64,000 nucleotides of DNA from Lachnospiraceae bacterium (GTDB taxonomy: Bacteria; Bacillota; Clostridia; Lachnospirales; Lachnospiraceae): contig SVEJ01000007.1 of assembly GCA_015057435.1 (NCBI GenBank), positions 15,084-79,083 on the forward strand, in the 5' to 3' direction. The notes beneath the pieces were generated by a model, which searched no databases, had not been told where the DNA came from, and was given only the letters and a program-made list of their open reading frames with translations. Shown here piece by piece: positions 35,243 to 43,767 of the stretch. Both the position numbers and the translations under genes were made by a program. Positions within the stretch are counted from its first letter, which is position 1, and each line of letters opens with the position of its first letter.

Positions 35243-36667
35243 ATGAAGAAAATGCTTGCCATATTCATGGCATTAATACTGACATTTACATTTGTTACAC
35301 CGGTTTACGCGACCGGAGAAGAACCGGAAGAGGTTACGACAGAACATCCGGAAACAACCGAATATCCTAATGATCCAAGCAGACCTCCGGATTTGGTATG
35401 TAATGCTGCTATTGTTATGGATGCTGCATCCGGACAGATTCTATACGAAAAGAATGCTTATGAACGAAAGTATCCCGCTAGTATTACTAAGATTCTCACA
35501 ACACTTGTTGCACTTGATCACGGTGTCAATTTTGATGACACTGTTGTGATGTCAGAGAACGCAATTTGGGGAATCGAACGAAACAGTACCAATATCGGAC
35601 TTGATGTAGGTGAAAAAGTAACCGTCCGAGATATTATGTATGCAACAATGGTACAATCCGCCAATGAATGTGCATATGCAGTAGCGGAATTAGTGGCGGG
35701 CGATTTGGAATCATTTGCAAAACTCATGAATGATCGTATTGAAGAAATCGGCTGTACAGATACACATTTTGTTACTCCGAACGGTTTGCATGATGACAAT
35801 CATTACACATGTGCTTACGATATGGCTCTGATTACCAAAGAAGCATTGAAAAATGATACATTCCGTGAGATTGCCGGTACCCTTTCTTACGTTGTTCCGG
35901 AAACCAATTTGGCTGATGAGACGAGACCTCTTTGGAATGGAAATAAGATGATTAACCCTGCAGAATCCAACTATTATGAATACTGTAAGGGCGGAAAAAC
36001 CGGTTACACTTCTATGGCAAACAATACACTCGTCACCTTTGCTGAAAAGGATGGCTTAGAGTTAATATGTGTCATCCTTGACTGTGACGGTTGGAAATAT
36101 TCTTATACAGATTCCAAAGCTTTATACAACTATTGCTATAATAATTATACATACTTCCGTCCTTTGACAGATTTTACATTCGAGTCAAAGAACGAAGAAT
36201 TATCCGAAACTAATTCAATATTGCAGAATTACTATTCAAGTCTTAATCATGAAATGGTTGATTTGGTTGTAGACAGAGATTATTCTCTCTTACTTAACAA
36301 ATCTGTAGATACTACAAAGATTGAAAAACAGATTAATCTTTTTGATACAGCGAAAGATAATGTTTTGGGAGAAATTATTTTCTCTTACGAGGGCGAGCAG
36401 ATTGGTAGTACACCTATTACAAGTACAACACCACTTCTCTCTTCACAGATGACACAAGAACCTACAGAAGAAAAAGGACCTTCTCTTCTTTCAAAAATTG
36501 GCAAAGTATTGCTTCGAATATTAATTGTTTTCCTTTGCCTAATCATTGTACTTGGCATTTATATGCTGATTGCTGCATTAATCAGAAAATTGAGAAGAAA
36601 TCGTAGAAGACGTAGCTACGGAAGACGTCGCAGAAGACGTCGTGATGATGACTATTTTTATTTTTAG
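35243..36667 (+). CDS. D-alanyl-D-alanine carboxypeptidase (S11, PBP5-type) with C-terminal TM anchor and poly-Arg tail
   Basis: It has a signal peptide, SITK (SxxK), SANE (SxN) and KTGYT (KTG). The C-terminus is LLRILIVFLCLIIVLGIYMLIAALI followed by RKLRRNRRRRSYGRRRRRRRDDDYFYF. Confidence 0.85.
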   Translation: MKKMLAIFMALILTFTFVTPVYATGEEPEEVTTEHPETTEYPNDPSRPPDLVCNAAIVMDAASGQILYEKNAYERKYPASITKILTTLVALDHGVNFDDTVVMSENAIWGIERNSTNIGLDVGEKVTVRDIMYATMVQSANECAYAVAELVAGDLESFAKLMNDRIEEIGCTDTHFVTPNGLHDDNHYTCAYDMALITKEALKNDTFREIAGTLSYVVPETNLADETRPLWNGNKMINPAESNYYEYCKGGKTGYTSMANNTLVTFAEKDGLELICVILDCDGWKYSYTDSKALYNYCYNNYTYFRPLTDFTFESKNEELSETNSILQNYYSSLNHEMVDLVVDRDYSLLLNKSVDTTKIEKQINLFDTAKDNVLGEIIFSYEGEQIGSTPITSTTPLLSSQMTQEPTEEKGPSLLSKIGKVLLRILIVFLCLIIVLGIYMLIAALIRKLRRNRRRRSYGRRRRRRRDDDYFYF

Positions 36668-36688
36668 GAAACCAGATGAGGATATTTT

Positions 36689-37825
36689 ATGACAAATGAG
36701 GAAATGAACCCACTTAACATCATAGAAGAAGCCAATTCCAAAACATTAGATTATTTTAACAAAACATATGTTAGTAATCTTGAACTGGTACAGAGTCTCA
36801 AAACAGAGTTGTTCGAATTGGAAGTCCAGATAGAGACGTTAGAAAAGACAAGAGATTTGTATACGTATCATATCGATACAAGACGCAATGTTTTCTCGCC
36901 TCTTACGATGGATAATGCTCAGACGATGACCAAAGGAAAGCAGATAGCTCTTCAGATCAAAGACTTAGAAGATGCAAGAGAACGCCTCAAGAATCGAATT
37001 GCACAATTAGAGGAGGAAATTGTATTCTTCAAAGACCAGGTGGAGATGCTATCCAAAGCAAGTAAATGTATTCATACAGTTTTGGTTGGTAGTAGTCATA
37101 AAGATTCTGTTGAAGAAACCAACTTAGAAGATGCGATTGAATTTATTGAAGAAGATGATGCAGAAGGTAAGGCTCTTCATAATTATAATATGTTAAAACT
37201 AACAGATTATGAACAATTACAGTATGCAAACACACTCGACCAGAATGTCAAGCAGGAGCTCATCTCTAACCTTAATAAATTGGATGTATTAAAGTGGTTA
37301 TTGAATTCAGACGTTGCAAGAGCCAAAGTTACTTTGAATGAACTGCATGGTTCTCAGGAATCTATATTAAGTTCCTTAGATCTCGTATTAGAACAACTGA
37401 ATTATACCATTGATACCAAGCAACCAATCTGGGATCAAGTGGATAAACTAATTGAAAAATACCAATACGCACATCCCGAGTGCATGATTATATCAAGTTG
37501 TGATTGTACGGAACATGATCTGAATCTTCCGCCATTTATCACAATCCGCTTAATTCGAATGTTGCGAGAAATATTTGATAACATTTTCAAACACTCGAAT
37601 GCTAATAAAGTCACGTCCAAGATTTTTATCAGTAGTCGTTTGATTGATGTATTTATTAACGATAATGGTGTCGGGATTCCGGAAGACTACTTAGATCGTT
37701 CTTCTTGGTCATCCGGACTACACAAGTTACATGAAACCATCTATCAGTTAGATGGCAAGTTACAGATCCAGGGTGACTTAATCTCGGGAACTAATGTAAG
37801 ATTTTCATTCCCTATCAAAAAATAG
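36689..37825 (+). CDS. soluble HisKA_3-type histidine kinase (DegS-like architecture)
   Basis: There is no TM. An N-terminal coiled coil is followed by the candidate H-box LNELHGSQESILSSL, the N-box REIFDNIFKHSNA, G1 NDNGVGI and G2 SSGLHKL. No adjacent response regulator is present. Confidence 0.6.
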   Translation: MTNEEMNPLNIIEEANSKTLDYFNKTYVSNLELVQSLKTELFELEVQIETLEKTRDLYTYHIDTRRNVFSPLTMDNAQTMTKGKQIALQIKDLEDARERLKNRIAQLEEEIVFFKDQVEMLSKASKCIHTVLVGSSHKDSVEETNLEDAIEFIEEDDAEGKALHNYNMLKLTDYEQLQYANTLDQNVKQELISNLNKLDVLKWLLNSDVARAKVTLNELHGSQESILSSLDLVLEQLNYTIDTKQPIWDQVDKLIEKYQYAHPECMIISSCDCTEHDLNLPPFITIRLIRMLREIFDNIFKHSNANKVTSKIFISSRLIDVFINDNGVGIPEDYLDRSSWSSGLHKLHETIYQLDGKLQIQGDLISGTNVRFSFPIKK

Positions 37826-37899
37826 AGAATGCATGATTTTGAAATATTAATATAGAAAAACTTAGATAGATTAATATAGAAACATGAAGGAGATAAAAC

Positions 37900-39585
37900 A
37901 TGAAAACAAAGGTTATCGACATTATTGCAAAGGCAGCGAACTTAGATACAGAAACCGTATCGAATCTTATTGAGATTCCACCAAAAGCAGATATGGGAGA
38001 TTACGCATTTCCTTGCTTTCAGTTAGCAAAAACACTACGTAAAGCACCACCTATGATTGCGACTGATATCGCGCAAGCAATTGGTGAACAAGATATTATA
38101 GAGCGATTAGAAGTAAAAGGTGCATATCTTAACTTCTTTTTAAAGAAAGAAATGTTTGTAAAAGACATGGTAGAGAAATCAACCGCAGTTAATTTTGGTT
38201 CTTCTACTATTGGAGAAGGAAAAAGCATCTGTATTGATTACTCTTCTCCTAACGTTGCTAAGAACTTCCATGTAGGACACTTGCGTACAACGATTATCGG
38301 TAATGCACTTTACAAAATCTATAGCAAATTAGGATACAAAGTAGAACGTATCAATCACTTAGGAGACTGGGGTACACAGTTTGGTAAGTTGATTGTTGCC
38401 TACAAAGCATGGGGCAGCAAAGAGGCTGTTGAAAAAGACGGTGTAGCAGAATTAATGAAACTTTACGTAAAGTTCCATGATGAAGCAGAAAAAGACGACA
38501 GCTTAAATGATCAGGCCAGAGATTGGTTTACACAGATGGAACATGGTAATGAAGAAGCATTAGAAATCTGGCAATGGTTTGTAGACATCAGTTTAAAAGA
38601 ATATAAGGGAACTTATGAATTATTAGGTATGGAGTTTGATCACTACCTTGGTGAAAGTTTTTATCGCGATAAGACATCAGATGTGGTATCTCGTCTAACT
38701 GACGCTAATTTATTAAAAGAAAGCGAAGGTGCGAAGATTGTTGATTTAGAAGAATACAATATGGCACCATGTCTTATTATGAAAAAGGATGGAAGTTCTA
38801 TCTATGCAACAAGAGATTTGGCTGCTATCTTCTATCGAAAAGCAACATGGAATTTTGAGAAATGCTTATATGTAACCGGTCAGGAACAAAAACTCCACTT
38901 TGCTCAGGTGTTCAAGGTTGTAGAGTTACTTGGTAATGAATGGGCGAAAGACAGTTTAGTACACATCCCTTACGGATTAGTCAGTTTAGAAGGTGCGAAG
39001 CTTTCTACGAGAAGCGGTAATATCATCTACGCAGAAGATATTCTATTAGAAGCAATTTCTAAAGTAAAAGAAATCATTGCAGAAAAGAATCCTGACTTGG
39101 CTGATAAAGATGAAGTTGCCAAGATTGTAGGTGTTGGCGCAATCATTTTTAACGATTTATACAACCAGAGAATTAAGGATGTTTCTTTCAAATGGGATAA
39201 AGTATTAAACTTTGATGGTGAAACCGGTCCTTATGTACAGTATACCTATTGTCGATGTGCGAGTATTCTTCGTACGATTGCATATAATCCAAATGCAGAT
39301 ATCGACTACAGCTTGCTGTTAGATGATGAAGCAATTGCACTCTTAAAGGAAATTAATCGTTTTCCACAGGTAGTTGCAGATGCTGCAGAAAAATATGAAC
39401 CATGTATTGTTGCTCGTTTTGCAATGGATGTAGCTCAATCTTTCTCTCGTTTCTACAATGCATGTCGTGTAAATGTAGAAGACGATGCACTTCGTAATGC
39501 AAGAGGTAAACTTGTAGAAATTACAAAAACAACATTGAAGGATGCATTGGATTTATTAGGAATCAATTGTCCGGAACAGATGTAA
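37900..39585 (+). CDS. argS: arginine--tRNA ligase
   Basis: SSPNVAKNFHVGHLR is the HIGH region and the class I KMSK-like region is LSTRSG. The protein is 561 aa and matches ArgS throughout. Confidence 0.95.
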   Translation: MKTKVIDIIAKAANLDTETVSNLIEIPPKADMGDYAFPCFQLAKTLRKAPPMIATDIAQAIGEQDIIERLEVKGAYLNFFLKKEMFVKDMVEKSTAVNFGSSTIGEGKSICIDYSSPNVAKNFHVGHLRTTIIGNALYKIYSKLGYKVERINHLGDWGTQFGKLIVAYKAWGSKEAVEKDGVAELMKLYVKFHDEAEKDDSLNDQARDWFTQMEHGNEEALEIWQWFVDISLKEYKGTYELLGMEFDHYLGESFYRDKTSDVVSRLTDANLLKESEGAKIVDLEEYNMAPCLIMKKDGSSIYATRDLAAIFYRKATWNFEKCLYVTGQEQKLHFAQVFKVVELLGNEWAKDSLVHIPYGLVSLEGAKLSTRSGNIIYAEDILLEAISKVKEIIAEKNPDLADKDEVAKIVGVGAIIFNDLYNQRIKDVSFKWDKVLNFDGETGPYVQYTYCRCASILRTIAYNPNADIDYSLLLDDEAIALLKEINRFPQVVADAAEKYEPCIVARFAMDVAQSFSRFYNACRVNVEDDALRNARGKLVEITKTTLKDALDLLGINCPEQM

Positions 39586-39597
39586 ATAATAATATAC

Positions 39598-39636
39598 AAA
39601 AGCCGAAATTTAGCCAAGGTTAAATTTCGGCTTTTC
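39598..39636 (+). terminator. rho-independent terminator after argS
   Basis: AGCCGAAATTTA-gccaaggt-TAAATTTCGGCT-TTTC is a 12-bp stem. Confidence 0.7.
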
Positions 39637-39651
39637 AAAAGGAGGTTCTTT

Positions 39652-41055
39652 ATGTTACTAATCAAAAACGGATGTATCATGGATCCGCAATCAGGAAAGA
39701 ACGGTATCTATGATATTCTTATAGAAAAGAAAAGAATTAATCGAATCGAACCATTTATTGATGAAACCGAGCTATATCCTGAGCAGCAACGTGAACTCGA
39801 AATCATCGATGCAGATGGAATGATTATTGCTCCGGGGCTTGTCGATGTTCATGTTCATTTTCGTGATCCCGGGTTTGAATACAAAGAAGATATCTATACC
39901 GGTGCAAAAGCTGCTGCAAAAGGTGGCTATACAAGTGTCATTCTTATGGCAAACACAAAACCTACAGTTGATAATATAGAAACTCTTCACTATGTTATAG
40001 ACAAAGGAAATGAAACGAACATTCATGTCTACACTTGTGCTTCTATCACAAAGGGATTACAGGGTCAGGAATTGGTAGATATGAATACTTTAAAAACGGA
40101 AGGTGCCGTTGGTTTTACGGATGACGGTATTCCAATTATGGATGAAGAAACTGTTATTGCTGCAATGAAGATGGCCAAGGAGCTAAACGTTCCACTTAGT
40201 TTCCATGAGGAAAATCCGGAACTTATTACGAACAATGGTATCAACCGTGGCAAAGCATCGAATCATTTTGATGTTGAAGGTTCCCCTCGAGCTGCCGAAA
40301 TTGACATGATTTATCGCGACTTAGAATTAGCCGGTGAATTAGATGCACCAATTAACATACAACATATTAGTACAAGAGAAGGTGTAGAACTTGTACGTCA
40401 GAAAAAAATAGAAATGGCAAGAAAGAATCTGATTCCTCTTCCGCTTCCAAGAAGTGCAGAGAATATGACAGAAATTTCATCTTCCGCTAAGAATCTTAAT
40501 ACAATACAAATGATACCAACAGATGTTGCACAAGTTTTAAATATTCACGCCGAAGCAACACCGCATCATTTCACCTTAACCGAAGATGCTATTATTAAAC
40601 ATGGAACGTTAGCTAAGATGAATCCTCCTCTCAGAACAGAGGAAGATCGATTAGCCATTATCCAAGGATTAAAAGATAACACAATAGATATTATTGCAAC
40701 TGACCACGCACCTCATAGTAAAGAAGAAAAAGAAAAATCTATTACAGAAGCACCTAGCGGTATACTTGGATTAGAAACTGCTCTTCCATTAGGTATTACG
40801 AATCTTGTTAAAAAAGGATACCTTACTTATATGCAACTACTTGAAAAAATGACAATTAATCCGGCTAAAATGTATCACTTAGACTGTGGCTATATTGGAG
40901 AAGGCGGACCTGCTGACTTAGTAATTTTTAATGAGAATTCTTACACTGTTAGTTCTTTCGATTCCAAGTCTTCTAATTCTCCTTTCTTAGGTGAGACATT
41001 GATAGGTGAAATTCAATATACTATTTGTAACGGTAAGGTAATTTATAAAAAATAA
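39652..41055 (+). CDS. pyrC: dihydroorotase (class I) with a ~45-aa internal insertion
   Basis: The motifs APGLVDVHVHFRDPG, the carboxylated-Lys region, ATDHAPH and GILGLE are present. AAAAGGAGGT lies upstream. Confidence 0.9.
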   Translation: MLLIKNGCIMDPQSGKNGIYDILIEKKRINRIEPFIDETELYPEQQRELEIIDADGMIIAPGLVDVHVHFRDPGFEYKEDIYTGAKAAAKGGYTSVILMANTKPTVDNIETLHYVIDKGNETNIHVYTCASITKGLQGQELVDMNTLKTEGAVGFTDDGIPIMDEETVIAAMKMAKELNVPLSFHEENPELITNNGINRGKASNHFDVEGSPRAAEIDMIYRDLELAGELDAPINIQHISTREGVELVRQKKIEMARKNLIPLPLPRSAENMTEISSSAKNLNTIQMIPTDVAQVLNIHAEATPHHFTLTEDAIIKHGTLAKMNPPLRTEEDRLAIIQGLKDNTIDIIATDHAPHSKEEKEKSITEAPSGILGLETALPLGITNLVKKGYLTYMQLLEKMTINPAKMYHLDCGYIGEGGPADLVIFNENSYTVSSFDSKSSNSPFLGETLIGEIQYTICNGKVIYKK

Positions 41056-41108
41056 TATTTATTATCCACTATTTCAAATTTAATATTATTTTAATTTAGC
41101 AAGAAGAG

Positions 41109-41124
41109 TGTTTCACGTGAAACA
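41109..41124. promoter_or_regulatory. parS site, canonical TGTTTCACGTGAAACA
   Basis: It is an exact match to the Firmicutes parS consensus TGTTNCACGTGAAACA. It is embedded in a perfect 32-bp palindrome (41101-41132). Confidence 0.85.
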
Positions 41125-41168
41125 CTCTTCTTTATAATTTATACAAATTATATATACATATTATATAA

Positions 41169-41184
41169 TGTTTCACATGAAACA
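41169..41184. promoter_or_regulatory. parS-like site TGTTTCACATGAAACA
   Basis: It has one central G-to-A change relative to the consensus. It is flanked by the extended symmetry TATAA...TTATA. Confidence 0.65.
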
Positions 41185-41301
41185 TTATATTGTGTTTTCC
41201 AAATTTTAATTTACTACATGTCGTCTTTCACAATTTACCCATTTATGATAAAATAAATACTTGGAGATTAAGGATAAAAGAAGTGAAAAGGAAGGAATAC
41301 A

Positions 41302-42069
41302 ATGGGAAGAATTATTGCAATTGCAAACCAAAAAGGTGGTGTTGGTAAGACAACGACCTCTATAAACTTAGCTGCATGTTTAGCAGAGAAAGGATTCAAA
41401 ACCTTGGCTGTTGACATGGATCCACAGGGACATCTTACAACAGGACTTGGTGTAAATAAGGATGAACTTGAATATACAATATATGATGTCATGTGTGAAG
41501 AATGTAATGTTGGTGAAGCAATGCTAATTAATGTTGTACCCGGATTAAACCTTCTACCATCTAATCGATATTTAGCAGGTGCGGAAGTTGAATTCATTGG
41601 TGAATCCGACATGCAATATATTATCAAAAAACATTTAACAAGAATTCAACATTTATTCGACTACATTATAATAGACTGCCCTCCCGCACTTGGAATGTTA
41701 ACAATTAATTCCATGACTGCTGCTGATACAGTATTAGTTCCAATTCAATGTGAGTTTTTTGCATTGGATGGTCTTTCACAGCTTATCTATACAATAGAAT
41801 TAATACAGCAAAAACTCAACAAGGATTTAAAGATTGAAGGTGTTGTTTTCACAATGTATGATTCACGAACCAATCTTTCTCTTCAGGTAGTAGAAAATGT
41901 AAAACAAAATCTTCATCAGAATGTATATAAAACTATTATTCCACGTAACGTTCGACTTGCCGAAGCACCAAGTCATGGTCTACCAATCACATTATATGAT
42001 AACCGTAGTGCAGGCGCAGAAAGTTATCGTATGTTAGCGGATGAAGTAATTACAAATGTACATGTCTAA
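41302..42069 (+). CDS. soj: ParA/Soj chromosome partitioning ATPase
   Basis: IIAIANQKGGVGKTTT is a deviant Walker A. The protein is 255 aa and lies upstream of parB. Confidence 0.95.
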   Translation: MGRIIAIANQKGGVGKTTTSINLAACLAEKGFKTLAVDMDPQGHLTTGLGVNKDELEYTIYDVMCEECNVGEAMLINVVPGLNLLPSNRYLAGAEVEFIGESDMQYIIKKHLTRIQHLFDYIIIDCPPALGMLTINSMTAADTVLVPIQCEFFALDGLSQLIYTIELIQQKLNKDLKIEGVVFTMYDSRTNLSLQVVENVKQNLHQNVYKTIIPRNVRLAEAPSHGLPITLYDNRSAGAESYRMLADEVITNVHV

Positions 42070-42085
42070 TGTTTCACATGAAACA
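42070..42085. promoter_or_regulatory. parS-like site TGTTTCACATGAAACA
   Basis: It starts with the last base of the parA stop codon. Confidence 0.65.
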
Positions 42086-42117
42086 TATTGATTATTTATT
42101 TAAAATATTTTATACAA

Positions 42118-42133
42118 CGTTTCACATGAAACA
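42118..42133. promoter_or_regulatory. parS-like site CGTTTCACATGAAACA
   Basis: It has two deviations from the consensus and the same orientation as its neighbours. Confidence 0.5.
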
Positions 42134-42174
42134 TAAGAGTCACTCTTAATAAAGTAGTATATTATATTACTGAA

Positions 42175-42190
42175 TGTTTCACATGAAACA
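42175..42190. promoter_or_regulatory. parS-like site TGTTTCACATGAAACA
   Basis: It is directly followed by the TAGGAGG ribosome-binding site of parB. Confidence 0.65.
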
Positions 42191-42201
42191 TAGGAGGAAA
42201 A

Positions 42202-43149
42202 ATGGCAAGAAAAGGATTAGGTAATGGACTCGACACAATGCTTGGTGTCAATACTACCAAAACAAGAAAAACAAATAAAGAAGAAAAAGTAGAAACAAAA
42301 GAAGTTGTAAAAGAAGTCATCAAAGAAGTTGTAAAAGAAGTTCCTACAGAAATGACTTTAAAAATCAAAGATATTGAAATCAACAAAGAACAACCTAGAA
42401 AGTTATTCAATGAAGATGCATTACAAGAATTAGCAGACTCTATAACACAACACGGAATTATTGAACCATTAGTTGTAACAAAACGTGATAAATATTATCT
42501 TTTAGTATCAGGTGAACGTAGATGGCGTGCTGCTATGAAAGCCGGATTGAAAGAAGTTCCTGTTGTTGTCAAAGATTATACTGATCAACAGATATTAGAA
42601 ATTGGTATCATTGAAAATATTCAGAGAGAAGATTTAAATCCAATTGAAGAAGCACAAGCTTACAAAAAATTAATTGAAGAATTTCAACTAAAACAAGATG
42701 ACGTAGCAGAACGTGTATCTAAGAGTAGAACTACAATTACTAATATTTTGCGACTCTTAAAGTTAGCTGAGTCTGTACAAGAAATGGTAATTGATGAAAA
42801 GTTGTCAAACGGACATGCAAGAGCATTAATTCCAATTGAAGATGATGAATTACAGTATGAAACTGCATGTAAAGTTTTTGACGAAAGATTATCTGTACGT
42901 GAAACAGAAAAGCTTGTTAAGAAAGTACTTCAAGAATTAAATAATCCAAAACCTGAAGTTGGAACAGATAACAAAGAAGAAGATTTATCATTTTTATATA
43001 GAGAAATCGAAGAAAACTTCAAGACTAAGCTTGGTGCAAAAACTACAATCAAAACCAAGACCAATGGTAAAGGAAAAATTGAAATACAATATTGTTCTAA
43101 AGATGAACTTGAACATATTATGGAATTAATTTATTCCATTCAAATGTAA
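42202..43149 (+). CDS. spo0J: ParB/Spo0J chromosome partitioning protein
   Basis: QPRKLFNEDALQELADSITQHGIIEPLVV and the arginine patch GERRWRAA are present. An HTH region follows, and there is a KE-rich N-terminal extension. Confidence 0.95.
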   Translation: MARKGLGNGLDTMLGVNTTKTRKTNKEEKVETKEVVKEVIKEVVKEVPTEMTLKIKDIEINKEQPRKLFNEDALQELADSITQHGIIEPLVVTKRDKYYLLVSGERRWRAAMKAGLKEVPVVVKDYTDQQILEIGIIENIQREDLNPIEEAQAYKKLIEEFQLKQDDVAERVSKSRTTITNILRLLKLAESVQEMVIDEKLSNGHARALIPIEDDELQYETACKVFDERLSVRETEKLVKKVLQELNNPKPEVGTDNKEEDLSFLYREIEENFKTKLGAKTTIKTKTNGKGKIEIQYCSKDELEHIMELIYSIQM

Positions 43150-43166
43150 TAGATAGGAGAAAATAT

Positions 43167-43724
43167 ATGGGATCAGATATTTTTGATTCAATCGGTATAG
43201 GCACAGATTTAGTAGTAATTATCTTGGCTGTAATTGTAATCATACAAGCAATTGCATTATTTACAATTATTTCCAAATGCAATAAATTAACAGCTCGTCT
43301 TAACAAATTTACAACTGGAAGAGATTCTGAAAATATGGAGCAGGTTTTAGCACAACGTTTTTCAGAAATGAGACAGATTGTTAAAAATGAAAAACAACAA
43401 AACGCTGATATTAAAACTGTTAATGATAAGTTTCTTACTACATTTTGTAAAATAGGATTAGTAAAATATGATGCATTCAAAGAAATGTCAGGAAAGTTAA
43501 GCTTCGCTCTCGCTCTCCTTACAGAAAACTTTGATGGAATTATCATTTCTTCCATGCATAGTAGAGAAGGATGTTTCACATACTGCAAAGAGGTAACAAA
43601 TGGTGAATCCTTCTATATTCTTTCAGAAGAAGAAAAACTTGCTCTCAATGTTGCAATGGGAAAAGACGGTGCCGTAGAAGCAGCAAGAGAAAGAGAGAAT
43701 CAAAAACCGGAAATCGGTTATTAA
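43167..43724 (+). CDS. DUF4446-like protein (parB-linked, N-terminal TM)
   Basis: IGLVKYDAFKEMSGKLSFALALLTENFDGIIISSMHSREGCFTYCK matches my memory of DUF4446, which commonly follows parB in Firmicutes. Confidence 0.6.
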   Translation: MGSDIFDSIGIGTDLVVIILAVIVIIQAIALFTIISKCNKLTARLNKFTTGRDSENMEQVLAQRFSEMRQIVKNEKQQNADIKTVNDKFLTTFCKIGLVKYDAFKEMSGKLSFALALLTENFDGIIISSMHSREGCFTYCKEVTNGESFYILSEEEKLALNVAMGKDGAVEAARERENQKPEIGY

Positions 43725-43767
43725 TCAAATGTCGGTACTTGCATCCGTACTAAAAAAGGAGTCAATA

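Noticed and set aside
36689-37825. A first impression that the DegS-like kinase is a pseudokinase, because a good H-box alignment at EQLQYANTLDQNVKQEL has Asp where the phospho-His should be.
   Set aside because: A better-placed H-box with the His intact (LNELHGSQESILSSL) lies about 45 residues downstream, at the expected ~80-aa distance from the N-box. The degenerate-kinase claim is therefore not supported.
37826-37899. A possible T-box leader upstream of argS.
   Set aside because: Only 74 nt separate the upstream stop from the argS start. That is far too short for a T-box (about 200+ nt), and no specifier or T-box motif was seen.
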